This document shows positions 25,920 through 38,660 of a stretch of 64,000 nt of DNA, piece after piece; position 1 is the first letter of the stretch, and the number at the start of each line of letters is the position of its first letter. The translations under genes and the position numbers were made by a program. Source of the stretch: Dicyema japonicum (taxonomy: Eukaryota > Animalia > Dicyemida); contig RDEW01000031.1 in assembly GCA_011109175.1 (NCBI GenBank), positions 467,216 to 531,215 of the forward strand. Reading direction: 5' to 3'. Under the pieces are notes generated by a model that did no database searches, had not been told where the DNA came from, and worked only from the letters and a program-made list of their open reading frames with translations.

Positions 25920-26130
25920 AGTCTATGTCGTGTAAGCTGAACAGTTTGGAAAGTTTTCCACTAATCTGAGATGTATGGAGACATAATTTTCTGGATGGCA
26001 CGAGGGCTATCGCTACCTCGGAGTGTTAGAAGACAAAGGAAATAATTTCATGAAACATGAAGTTTTGAACAATATTGCTGAAAATGTGAAAAGAATTATA
26101 AACTTGGTGCATACAAAGCTCACATAAATT
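25920..26130 (+). mobile_element. R4/NeSL-like LINE RT fragment
   Basis: GYRYLGVLEDKGNNF..VKRIINLVHTKL (YKYLG thumb-adjacent motif of this family). Confidence 0.55.
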
Positions 26131-26519
26131 GAAATCTAATGATTACTCCTATTATTACCGTTCGACATGGGGAGATGAAACAAAGTTTATAATCAATAGA
26201 GCCAACTGTTACCGAAAAATTCGTCCACAGCCGATTTTTTGACGAGACAGGTTCTATTTTCGCATCTATTTTGGCATGCAGGTGAATACCAACGCTGACT
26301 CTCCTGAAGCCACTCTTGGTTGACCGTCACTCTGACTGTGCAACAGGTATTGTTCTACTGTGTTTTTATACGATTTAGGACGAGATACTATTTTTCTAAC
26401 ACTAGTCAATAAGAGAGTAGTTCTGAGTCTTTACCCTTCTATTTTATAGGTTTTTGAAGTGGTAGTAGTACTCCTTGTCCTATGGGAAGGGAGTTGTGCC
26501 GTTGAAAGCAATTTGTTTG

Positions 26520-27230
26520 AAATTTCCGCGATAGTTATTCCAACGCATTCTTGAGTATTTTAACAACTCATCAGGAACCTCTGGAGCCTGTTCTTCCACT
26601 GAGAACGCTGAGGGGTTGAAACGGGAAAAGTAAACGGTCCTACACAATGATTTTTGTTCGTTCCACTCGCCAAAGAACCAGACGTCTCAACGAGAGGCAC
26701 TCTGGAGTAGGTTGCAAGGGCAAGCGTGTTGGTAAATGTGATGTCCCAGACAAGCGGTTTCCCTGCTTCAAAAAGGAAGATATTCATTCCATCTGGTCGT
26801 TTTCTGTCACTCTTGGAAAAGACCGGCGGCGACAAAGCTTGCCTGATGACTTCTATCAAGACCATGTATCTGGGAGATCTGCCTGCACAATTCCCGCAGA
26901 GGTGTAGGCCAAAACAGTCGATTTAGTGTCTGCATCGGCATAGATGAGGAACACAAACTTTTAATCCCGTCATAGTGAGATCACAATACGGACGCATTCA
27001 TTATCCAGGAAGAGACCCAAAACTCCATTGGGAACGGCGTTGAGCCAGACACAACTCTTGGAAGCCCCCAACAACAAACAGGCATGGCGATGTTGGTTAG
27101 ATGACACCAGCAGATCTTCAAAAGTTTTTCGGCATACAGCATCATCCAGAGCCAATGAGAGAACATGGAAAGTGGAGACAACTGATAGGTACGCCTCCAG
27201 GCCTCACAAGCATGATCGGCGTCCTTGTCA
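26520..27230 (-). mobile_element. CRE-clade LINE 3' fragment
   Basis: SKSCVWLNAVPNGVLGLFLDNECVRIVISL; RKRPDGMNIFLFEAGKPLVWDITFTNTLA. Confidence 0.8.
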
Positions 27231-27296
27231 ATAGAGAATTCAAGTGGGAATGATTAAAAAATGTCATTTTATTCTGTTTTGATATAAAAATTTAAG

Positions 27297-27388
27297 AAAA
27301 GTGGAACGCTTCACGATTATGCATCCTTGCACAGGGCAATGCTAATCTTCTCTGTAGCGTTCCAATTTTATTATATGTCCCGTAGGAC
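27297..27388 (-). ncRNA. RNU6: U6 spliceosomal snRNA, shortened variant (gene or pseudogene)
   Basis: The minus strand reads GTCCTACGGGACATATAATAAAATTGGAACGCTACAGAGAAGATTAGCATTGCCCTGTGCAAGGATGCATAATCGTGAAGCGTTCCACTTTT. It has a 5' cUACGg hairpin, the ACAGAGA box, the AGC triad, the U2-pairing 3' segment and an oligo-T end. Confidence 0.92.
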
Positions 27389-27419
27389 ATTCTGTTACTT
27401 CTTTAACTTTACTTTAACA

Positions 27420-30400
27420 ACTTTATTAACAAGTAAAAATTAGAGGGAGTTATTTGGCCTCATACCGCAAGTCCTGCAAACGCTTGGACTCTTCTCTGTG
27501 CTCTCAGACCCCTCTTATCGTTTATTTTGTGCTGCAACATACGAGTCAATGATGGCATCTCTTTTCAGGTAGTTTTTCATCCTTTTTTCTGGTGCATCTC
27601 TGATCGACATTACTAGCAAATATTAATCTTCATCTAGCTTCTCGTCGAGCCTTCTGTGTAGGGCAATCTTGATCCCTGTTCTCCTTGATTTTTCAAGAAG
27701 CAAGATAAAATGCTCTTAGAACATTAAACCGTCTATTATAACATTTAACAATAGAACGCTCAAAATTGATAATTGAAAAATAGCGTCACCATCTAACATA
27801 TGAGTTTCTTCCTTCTAGGGACACTTTACCCAATTCACTAGTTTTTTGGACTCACCGTCCTAGATAACTGATCGATTATGGCTCTGTGGTTAACACTGTC
27901 AAATTTTGATATGTCGAGACATATGACATTCAGGAGACATTTGGATTCTCTGGCTTTGCATAACTAGGAGTTTAGATGAAATAAGCAATCATCGCATGAC
28001 CGTCCTGGGCGAAAACCAAATTGATCATTTCTGAAGTAGTCTTCTTATTCCAGCTGATTTGTATGCCTCCAGAAGACAATTTTTTCCTTAATTTTTGAAA
28101 TTGACTGAATCGGGATGATCGGGCGGTAGTTAGCAGAATCATTCTTCGGTCTTCGTGTCTTCGCTACTATCCGTACAATAGTCTTACTCCATTCGTGTGG
28201 AACATGACCAATTCTGATGCATGCGTTGAACATATCTTTGAGAACTTTGAATAAAATTTCTGGGCCTTCTTTGAACATCCTAGCTTTGATGAAATCACTG
28301 CCCGGAGCTTTATTCTTGACAGCTTTTATTACTATCTTCAGCTTTTCTAGAGAGATCTCTATAAATGCTGTTTTCTCTGACAATGGTTCGTAACAAGTTT
28401 TCTCCGCGATGACATTATCGTCCACATCAAATATCTTTTTAAGCTGTGCCTCAAAAACTAGAGGTATTTATTCTTCAGCATAGTAGGTGCCATCCGGTTT
28501 CTTGAGCACAATCTTGTTTACGATTGACTCTAGGTTCCTCACTCTTCGGTATACTTTCCAGAAAGAGGGATTGTGTTTGTTTAGCTTCCGTAGTTGAGAG
28601 TTCCACTTATTCTTATTCCAACTTTTGAATTGTTCCGACAACTGCTTTTGTAGTTCGCCAATTTTGTGAGACAAGGCTAAGCGGTCCTGGGGTCTACGCA
28701 TCTCCTCAGTTTAGTTTTTAGATTATTTCTTTTCAACACTGTCTTCTTGATGTGCCATGGAATAGGGACAACATTATCGTTTCTTGAGTATATGTTCTAG
28801 CAAAGTTATCCAGATAGTATAATATCAGATCCGTAACTCGTTTACTTGTTTTATCAATTTCCAGACGAGTCTTGGGCTCGGTATGCCCTAACATCAATTC
28901 CTTTGCAATGAACATCCTATAGTGATTCCAGTTTAGATTCTTGGTATCGTAACCGACAAAGACTCCAGGTTCATTAATCATTTTCATATCCACGGATATT
29001 AGCAATGGAATGTGGTTACTGACAATATCAGGAAGAGTAATTGGTAAGTCGGCGTATTCTGAAATAGCAAGGGAAATCAAGAAGACACCAAGCTTGTCAC
29101 CCCCGTAGGGAGAAAAATGGTTATCCTCTTTTAATGTAAGGACTTTACTCCTAGGCCTCTAGATTGCTTCATCAGGAGCTTGCCATCCCTGTTACTCTTC
29201 TTGCAGCCAAAGGATGTGCTTTTGGAGTTGAGATCACCTCCCAGTATGGCCATCGGGTTTTCACTGAAGAACTGGGAGATATCTCCGGTACATTCCCTCA
29301 AGGGTGGCATAGTGGTTAGGTGTCGGGCTTAATTGGCTTAGGTTACGGGTTCAAATCTCGCTGCTGTTCACCTGGTGGAAGGTTCCACGCATCTACGATG
29401 CAGAAAGGGTTTGACGAGTGACGCCGTCATCAGTGGATACTCACTGCGGAACTGGATTGTCTAGAAAGGACACTCACATAGAATAAGAAAAAAAAGAAGT
29501 GAAGATCATTCTTTGGTTCTACGATTAGTTAAAATTAACTGTTCTTTACTTAAACAAAGTGTGTGTCCTGCCTATGCGGAGCTATAAATATTATGGCTCT
29601 CCTGAAAAGGCTTTATTATTATTTATTCCCTCAAGGATTTGGAATACATACCGCCAATTGCGATCCATCCGTCGACACAACAAACACCAATGGCGACCAA
29701 TTCAAAACAAATTGATGAAACAATTCTGGGATTCCTTGTCTTCAGAGAATACCGATAAAAAATTTATGTTCCAGTCCCTGGTATAGCCCCTTCTTTCCAG
29801 TATAAAGATATCGATTCGAAACCCGGGAGTACTGTATTCTCATTTGACTTGATCTTCGTTTCGTTGACAATTGTCATATCAGCTTCCTCAGCAATTGCCA
29901 TGGAAGTTAGATCATGATACCTTCACGAGCATGATCTTTATGTTTTGGTTCACTGGTCTTGGAGGCCTGATCTCTTCAGGACCAGAGCCAACACTTGCAG
30001 TAAATCCAAGTTTACCTTATCACACTCTTCATTTAGACGGTTAATCACAATTGTAAGTTCTCTCGATTGTCTTTTAGATGCCCCCGGAATAGATTCCCAG
30101 CCAAGACCTTTTTTAGCTTTTCCTCCAGCTATTTTTTTATCCATAATTGGTTTTTCTGTGTTGGATTCATAACATCTTATTTTAGAGGTCGATTTTGATT
30201 ATTGCGTCCTGCTTGTTTTCACTAGACTTCGTATCTAGGTAATGTGGCGGATAAGGATTTTCTCCTCTCCTCCATGTTCCTAACCCATGACATTCGGTTC
30301 CTCTTCCTGTGGATGCCACGGCTTCCCTGGCAACCGGACAACCACTATAACTCGTCCCATGATCACCAGATCCGCATTTGATACAGGATCTTCTATTGTT

Positions 30401-30950
30401 CGGTTCTGGCACTCCGGAGAACTATGTGGTCCTCCACATAAGAAATATCTTTTTGCCCCATTGCAATGTCTTGCAATGTGTCCGAAATATTGACAATTAA
30501 AGCATCTTGGGGGTCTTCTGGCCCACTCACAATCGATTTGCATACATCCAATGACAAGACCCAGGCGTATCAAGGACGTAGCTTCTGCCCTTGACTTTAA
30601 GCTCATCTTCACAACAGGGAGTTATCTTCCATTACTTACAATACGTTTCACCGACTCATAGGTTGAAGCAATTTCTTTCATGTAAGCCATAAGTTCGTCT
30701 TCCTCAATCCATATTGGCACATTCTTAGAACAATTTCCGAAAGCCTCTCTTTGAGTTCGATTACCTTGTGGTTTCCCTTCCCGAAAGGAGAAAATAGATT
30801 AGTCTCTTCAATGAATGAGATTTTATCTGACTCTTCTTTAAACTCTAATCGGAAAATCCCGGGGCCTTTTCCAGTCACTCTGGCGTTTTTCAGTGATTTC
30901 AATCCACATAACAGATTTGCAAGTTTAATACTCCCCATGTTCTTGTCTTT
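27420..30950 (-). mobile_element. Jockey/I-like LINE with ORF1 (CCHC knuckles), endonuclease and truncated RT
   Basis: ORF1 RCFNCQYFGHIARHC and CIKCGSGDH..GC; EN AILGGDLNSK and DIVSNHIPLL; RT KNKAPGSDFI..YRPII..SKIKEKI, NQFGFRPGRS; A-rich tail at about 27400-27450. Confidence 0.8.
29297..29500 (+). mobile_element. tRNA-derived SINE-like element inserted in the LINE
   Basis: A box TGGCATAGTGG (about 29305), B box GGTTCAAATCT in a paired T arm (about 29349), a body of about 120 nt and an A-rich tail AATAAGAAAAAAAAGAAG (about 29482-29499). Confidence 0.55.
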
Positions 30951-31079
30951 TTCTTTTAGATAGATAATTTTATTAACTAACAGTGGTTTAAGGTTCTTAA
31001 ACTATTTAATATTAACCGATTTATTTTAATTTTAAAACAAAAAGTTAGTTAACAACAAATTCCATTTTCATTTCGACAA

Positions 31080-32200
31080 GTTTGAGGGTGACCGCCCAAA
31101 ACGCTTTCCATCGTTTTTTTTGATCGTTGCCGTTTGCATATAAGCTCCTACAGGGCATTCCAATTTTAAATTACTCAAGTGGTGATTATAGTATTTGCTC
31201 ACGACTCCATTAAGTAAGTTTCTTCACACAGAAAAATATTTCAAATGAATGCATTGGAATCAAGTTGGACATAACGAATGCCTTTAATTCTCTCAGAAGA
31301 GACGAAATTATGAAAACGTGTTGGAAGAGGGCTCCAAAGCTTTTCCCTCTTGTCAATCTATCCTATGGGGAAGATACGTCTTTGGTTTTTGAAAATGAAA
31401 TTATTAAATCAAAAACGGGTGTACAACAAGGAGATCCGCTCGGACCTCTATTATTTGCCTTGACCATTGATGAGGTTGTGAGCTCAATTGATGCTCAGCT
31501 AAATCTCTGGTACCTCGATGATGCCACAATTGGAGGATCGTTCAAAGAAACATACAATTCATTACGTAAAGCGTTACCCGCTTTAAAACATTTGGGCTTG
31601 GACATCAATGTTAACAAATCAGAGCTAATAAATGTCTCATATCCATACACCGACTTCCTCTCTATCAAGGAGTCTTTTGACGAACTGCTTCCTGGGATCC
31701 CGACTGTGCCAGTTGATAAATTATATTTCCTCGGATGCCCACTCAGCGAAAAAGAACTCAAGAACCATCTACTTTCCAAAAATGAAGAATTAACACGCCT
31801 TGCGAAAAGATTGTCATATCTCGACTCTCACACATCTTTCTTTTTAATGAGAAACAACATCGGACTACCCAAGCTTTATATCTACTCCGATGTTCACCCT
31901 GCTACGAACAATATGACATTCTACTTTCAATGGACAAGTCTCTCAAGCAAACAGTCGAGTCAATAATTAACGTCCGCTTCGACGAACTTGGTTGGAAACA
32001 ATGCAAGCTTCCCTCTGGATTTGGGGTGTCGGAATGAGATCGGCGCTGGAGGTTGCGTACCCGCATATCTATCGTCTTCTCTCAAGCTGCAGCCATTTGA
32101 CACGGCAAGTCCTTTATAACACTATTGGACTTCGCTGGAATGAGTCATTTGACGAAGCTTGTCGGAATACACACATAATTCGGCATTTGAAGATACGGTA
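31080..32200 (+). mobile_element. CRE-clade LINE RT core fragment
   Basis: LDITNAFNSLRRD..GVQQGDPLGPLLFALTI..WYLDDATIGG..FLGCPL..HTSFFLMRNNIGLPKL. Confidence 0.85.
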
Positions 32201-33479
32201 ATACCATTCAACCAAAACCAACATGCAGAGTTGCCTGAAACCATCCATAACCATCAAAATTTATATCGAAGGGTTGACTTAAGGAGAGATAGAATATCCT
32301 CTTCATAACAAGGAACTTCGGAAATTGAAAAGCTTTTTGGAAGCAGGGAACAGTTTTTGTGCATAAAAGTTCAACGTGGCTTTCCAGAAAAGTCACTCTG
32401 TTGGCAAACTTGTCAAGAAGTGTCTTTTGTCACTTGTTGACCTCCTTATTTGATTTTTATTCCACATCCAAGGAAATCAAGAGAGCAGAGGTCCGCATTC
32501 GAATATCTGGGAGAATACCTTCCATTTGTTTTCTGAAGAAGGCAATATGGACTAAAGTTTAAGTTAACCACTTCACATTTCTTTGTGCTAATTTCACGGC
32601 TAATTCTTTGACAATTCGGTAATAGTTGTTACTTTGAAATAACATGTAGAGGACTTCCATGGATGCAATAGTCGAGGTACCATAAATTGAAGCGAGCATA
32701 AATTTCTTGCACAATGTGGTCAATCGCCAATGAAAAAAGAAGGAGACCTTTACCCTGCTTTACTCAGTCTCAGAGGAATAATTTCATCTCCGAAAATGAA
32801 GGCGGAAGACTCGAATATGATAGGTGGACAAAAAATAAAGATTTATAATTCTCCCGGATAGAAGTATAGAGGGATGGCCAACAGATTGAGATAAAAGATC
32901 TATGAGATGTCCTAGCTTACGGCTATCAACTCCCTCATTACTATTACTTCGGAATGATCGGAGGTCATCACGAAGATCGGCAGAAGAAACGTCCACCCAA
33001 AGAGGATCGGGACAGAAGGGTGTACAAAGATCGTCTTGTTTTGGAGGTTATTTGTGCCTTCAGAAGAAAAACTGGGTCAGGGTTGTAACTCATTGGGCTA
33101 AATTCAGTACAATGTCTGAAAAGCTGCAGTTAAATCTCCTTCCATCAATTTCCTTCAAATACTACTCTTAATCCACAGCTACCAAAATTACTAAAGTTTT
33201 CCAGCTCTGTACAAATCCACTATGATACCTCTATTAGGTGCAATGGTAATCTCTGTCTGTAGGCGAGCTTATACGAGTGGCGAAGGTCCCAGACGGAACA
33301 TATGAAGATGATGCTGTCGAGAAAGGCTGAATCACTTAATTGTTGCGTCTTTCTCCTAAATAAATTGAGGAATGTCAAAATTAATCCTGCAAATTCATAA
33401 ATAAATAATGTGATCTACAAAACAGATGACTTCATTCCACAAGTTAATATCAGGCTTGATTGATTAAATAAAGTCAAAT

Positions 33480-33900
33480 ATAACTTTACAAAATTTATAT
33501 TTATTTCTCTCACTTCTCAATAAATAAGTCAACTGAATTAAAAGTACGAGATTATCTGAGTGATCGAATTACACAATTTTGGAAACTATTCTTTAATTTT
33601 CGAGTTCTGCCAAAACTGAGAAATTGAGGTATTCTGGAAGTTAATTTCACAAGATTCATTATTTTGAGGTCAATTAATTCCTCTCTAAATTCTGAATCAG
33701 AGTTTAATATTTTGGATTTGAATAGATGAATCACAGAGGAATATTAAACTTAATCCTGAAAACGAAAAAGTTCAGTTTTGAGTGATGATTAGTGTGATTT
33801 ATATCTATCCAAATTCATACTCTGCAACTTTTTCGAATTCAGGAAAGTGGCAAATTTCATTTTCTTGGAAATAATAATATAGGTCGAAAACACATATGAC
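33480..33900 (-). mobile_element. hAT transposase C-terminal remnant
   Basis: FREELIDLK..KNSFQNCVIRSLR resembles the dimerisation domain of Charlie-type transposases. Confidence 0.4.
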
Positions 33901-34989
33901 CACAATCGCAAGATTCCTTGTTATCAAGTACAAGATGGATCCCATCCAAGTAAGCCTTAGCGCTATCAAGGACTATCAACAGAAATCCTTGAGGGTAGTA
34001 TCAGGAGAAAGTCTGCGAGGATAAAAATATTGATGTTGCTGGATCTACTGACCAACCGGTCAGTAGAAACAATAGTACGAGATCCGAGGTTTTGTATTGT
34101 CTTCTCCAAGACAGGAATCTGTTTTTGCGGATATCGATTGACTATGTAATCATTGTAAAATCATATAGTCGGTGGATCATATGGCTACACGTTGCAATAG
34201 GATGCTTGACAGCGACTACATTAGAAGACATGATTGAGTGGTTTGATCCATACATTGTTCTCCAAAAGACTAGAAGCGCAATCTTTGTCCGGGCTTGGTT
34301 CTGCAAACGTTTGAATAGCCTTTGTTTGTAAGTACTCATCCCCCTTACCTACCCAATAATAATTAAAATTTCTAAACTATCAAACATATCCACCAATTAA
34401 AAGCGGCTCCTTCTTCTCAAAATTGGGAAACCTATTACCCCCTAACGATTTGTAAAGAAATTTTTCAAGGCAGTTGTATGCGACCGTTTCAAGGAAGTTG
34501 TATGGAATCCAACGTGCATCGAATTTCTTTTTTTCTACTAACATCGTCGGGAGTGCGGTAAACCTACAAAAAAACTGAGAAGTCTAAAGTGAATAAGTCG
34601 AAGAGTTCCTGGACTGGTTCACGTTTTGTGTTATTTTGAGAAAGTCGAAGTACAAGCGGGAACTCACTGACTTTTCCCAAGAAACTGAAAAGTCTGACCA
34701 AATACAGAGGTCAGACGTCAGTGAAACTTAATAGCTCCTGTAGTTGATCTCCATTGTATCATATGAGGTAACGCTGTATGCCTGTAAGAGTCAATGTTGG
34801 TAGACAGTCAAAAGTGAATCTGAATACTAAATTATGGTTAGGGATTCGTAAATTACCCAATCAAACTAGTTTATTCCGACCACACAAAAATTGTGATTTA
34901 ACCGCATTTTGTTAAGTAACAATTAAACTTACCAGTTATAGTAGGAATGTCTACATAATCAAATTATTAGTAGGAGAGTAGCTATAAGT

Positions 34990-35340
34990 CCCTGTCTCTT
35001 GAGAAAAAACAGTGATTACCAGGCTCGAGTTGTCTCAACTACAATAGCGCGGAACACGAATCGGAGAAAGAACCGTTTATACTCAGCCCTTTTTTCTGCG
35101 GCGTAGAATGTGTTTACTGAACTCCCAACGATGTTAGTAGGAGAAAGGGAATCACTACACATGGCATCCCCATTCCAACGGGTTCCCTCATCGAAGGGAA
35201 AGATTGCAATCCCATCAATCGATTTCCTCTCCTTCGTCCAGGCTGACTGATCCCAGCGTGGAAAGGTATTCGCTAGGCTCAAGGTTCTATGACACCGTTT
35301 ACTGGATTATGTCTCGGGAACCTCCTGGCACTCTTAGACA
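34990..35340 (-). mobile_element. CRE-clade LINE RLE fragment
   Basis: KERKSIDGIAIFPFDEG..DAMCSDSLSP..AAEKRAEYK..FRAIVVETT. Confidence 0.7.
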
Positions 35341-36049
35341 GGAAGAGTACAGAGTTCCGCAACATATAAATAAAATTTAAAATAATTTTTAATTATTTTA
35401 ATAATTAAAACAATTCCAAAGGGGGTTGCTGACTTTTCTTTAACTTAGAGTTACCCATTTGGGCCTTAATGTCTAACAAAATTTCCTTAATTCCACGTGT
35501 TTTGTTCCAATTCTTTAAAATTGGCAATTCATTGGGGATCACCTGTTATCAAAATTCACATTAACCTCCCCGGTCACTGAATTAACGCATTTTAAGTTTA
35601 TCTTAGTGAGAAATCGGACTTTTGGTGGTTTCAACGGATATTCCTCACCACAAAATATATTCAAAGAGTACGTGTTGTCCTCATATGCTGACTAATATTT
35701 TTAAATAGGTTTTATACCTTTAAGGGTCCCATTATTATGGCATTCCAGCCGCTGAGGGTCGAATCAGAGTCGTCTATCAGTCCCCAGCTGAAAGTTCCAT
35801 CTCCAAAACCCTTCTCAGCATGTTCAAGTTCTTCAAGTAGCTTAAAACTTCGTGGAACGTCTAAAATAATAATTTTAACTACCAAATGTGTTGCCAGTCT
35901 GACGCATAATTTAAATGTTACAGCTTAATATTTAAATTTATATTATATTTATTAAAAATTAAATGATTATATTCACGATTTAATTATTTTGACTATTCGA
36001 TCTCCCAGTACTTTAGATTAAGAGTGGGAGGACTGATAATTCCTTTATA

Positions 36050-37860
36050 TCCATATTAATGTCTACGCGCCCACAATGACGAGGGTTTCTACAAATCCCG
36101 ATGAACTTGATCTGTTTTATATGTCACTAACGGATACCATCTCTGATCTCAAAGGCTCGTTTATGACCTTTTAGTGTGGAGATTGGAATGCTAAAGTGGG
36201 ACACTGTCCATGGAGAGAACCCTGTATGGGTAGACATGCCAGGGGGAGAGGAATATGTCAGGAGATTCACTCGTGCAATTTGTAACATGTTTGACTACTT
36301 CATTTGTAATTCTGCATTCGACCACAATGCATAAGACTAAGTGGACTGGACTCAGAAAGGATGGAAGTGGTAACTATGTCCGGATATACAACCAGATTGA
36401 TTATGTTATGTGTAAAAGATCTCTTCGTTCTTTACTAACAGACTCCCGCAGCTATGGAGGCACCATCATTTATAGTGATCATAAACTATTGGTTGCACGT
36501 TTTAGAATGAAAAGATATTTCGGAATAGATGGAGCTAGAAAGAAGAGAGCTTATCTGGATCGTTTTATTGTGGAAAAATTATGCTTATGTGAGAAGACGC
36601 GTGAAGATCATTTTATGGCAATTAAGAAGGAGATTATGAACATAAATATGGAAAATCCCCCAGAGATGATTTGGAATGCTACTGTTGATGGAATTAAGAA
36701 GGCAAGTTTCGACGTGCTTGGAGAAAAAAGGCCGGCAGGATTTAAAGAGGTCTTCGATCACGAAATTGGATCATTATCAATTAAACAAAAAAAATGAAAA
36801 ATAAAACGCATTGTCAAGGAGATTAGAATGAGGAAGAAGGAAATTTATGTCAAGAAAATTGACGAACGTGTCAGTGAAATTGAGAAGTTGGGATACGGAA
36901 GGCAAATGTTTCGAGCAGTTCGTCTTCTGCAGAGGAGAATTGAACTATGTATATTTGTATTCACGACAGTCAAGAAGAAATGTATTGGATAATAAAGAAA
37001 AAACTGAGATTATTGTCAACATTTTTCAGGACTTTTGAATGAAAATGAAACCTAAGAGTCATTTGAGAAATCACCAAGAAGCCTGAATCTACCGATATCT
37101 ACAGAGGAAACTAACCTGGCAATCATTAAATTAAACAACAACAGGGGGACCAGACAACATACATGGAGAAATGATCAAGTATGCACCAGGCGAACTGACA
37201 ACCCTCATTACAAAGGTTTTCAATAAGGTATTTGAGACGCATTCCCCTTAAAACTTAGTGATGGAATTTTGATTCTTCTGCATAAACCAGGAAAAAGACC
37301 TGTGATATTACTGGATCATTGAGGAGGATACTATCTCTGATAACCCTTAGTCGGGTATCTTATGATGTTTATGAATTTTTGTCGCCTGGACAGAGTGGTT
37401 CAGAAAGGGACGCTCGACCGCAGATGCTGTTTGGTCCCACAGGTGGATATGTGCCATGTGTTAACGATACAGGAGTGATTTTAAGATTTTGGTAGTGGAC
37501 ATGTCCAGTGCGTTTGACACTGTCAACAGAAAAACATTGTTGGACGTTGCTGGGACTTTTTTTGATGAGAATAACACAAGATTTGTCCGTTTCCTATTAT
37601 CAAACACTGAATTAACTGTACGAGTTGGGAACACAACGTCGAAGCCTTTCGGGGCTTTAGAGAAAATCCCTGGAGAATTTAAGAATTGGTCTCTGCGAGT
37701 TAATCAGTTAAAGACTGAACACATAAGAATCTCAAAGGAATTAAAATATATTGATGAAAATTGGAGGAAAAAAAGGAAATTGGGATCCTTACTTAATGAT
37801 AGTGAGGACATGATGTATAGAAGAGTTCTAGCTAGTGTGTACATGAAAAGGTTTTATCGT
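36050..37860 (+). mobile_element. Degenerate RTE-clade LINE (endonuclease and RT)
   Basis: GDWNAKVG..GRHARG, YNQIDYVMC, SDHKLLVARF, DMSSAFDTVNRKTLL, WRKKRKLGSLL. Confidence 0.8.
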
Positions 37861-38129
37861 TCCCCCGGTCAGAGTGGGGCATATACTTTCCCAGCATCAC
37901 GTCCATACATACAGTGGGCAAATAAGTCATGGCAACCCTTACATTAATTCAAATTTTTTAATTTTTACATTTCAACATAATGTACAAATATTTAAGATTT
38001 AAATAACTATTCTCTATTAAAGTTTATTATTTTTAATTGATTCGTTATTCTTTATCGGTATAATAGAATCTTGATTTTTTCAGTTGAAAAAAGTTCATGT
38101 TTTCAACTATTTTTTGTTTTATTACGTTA

Positions 38130-38660
38130 CCACTACAGATTTATTTTAATTTACTTGGCCTGTTTGTTGTCGGGGTGTCTTCCGAGAGCTGTGCCTGGCT
38201 CAACGCCATTTCCAATGGAGTTCTGGGTACCTTCCTGGATGATGAATTTCTCCGTATTGGGATCTCATTGCGACTGGGATTAAAAGTCTGTGTTTCACAT
38301 CCGTGCTGATGCGGAGACCAGATCGATTGTTTTGGCCTACACCTTCTCTCCTGCAGGAAGAGTGCAGGCAGATTTCCCAGACACATGGTTTTGAACGAAT
38401 TCTTTAGGCGATGAAACGGGAAAAGTACGCGGTCCTACCCAAAGACTTTTTGTTTGTTCCACTCGCCGTTGAGACGTCTGGTTCTATTGAACCTGCGACG
38501 CTAGAATTCTTTAGTCATCTAGGGAATCGGATCGCTACACGAACTACATGAGTACTGCTGGTTATTTGAGCGAATCTCTCTCGCTATCCTAAAAGGAAAT
38601 AGCCACGTAGTCAGGGCAGCCGTTATATAACCGTTTACACTCTTCTTTCTTAATAAAAAC
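38130..38660 (+). mobile_element. CRE-clade LINE 3' fragment nested in Tc1
   Basis: CAWLNAISNGVLGTFLDDEFLRIGISLRLGLKVCVSHPC..GLHLLSCRKSAGRFPRH..ERISLAILKGN. Confidence 0.8.
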
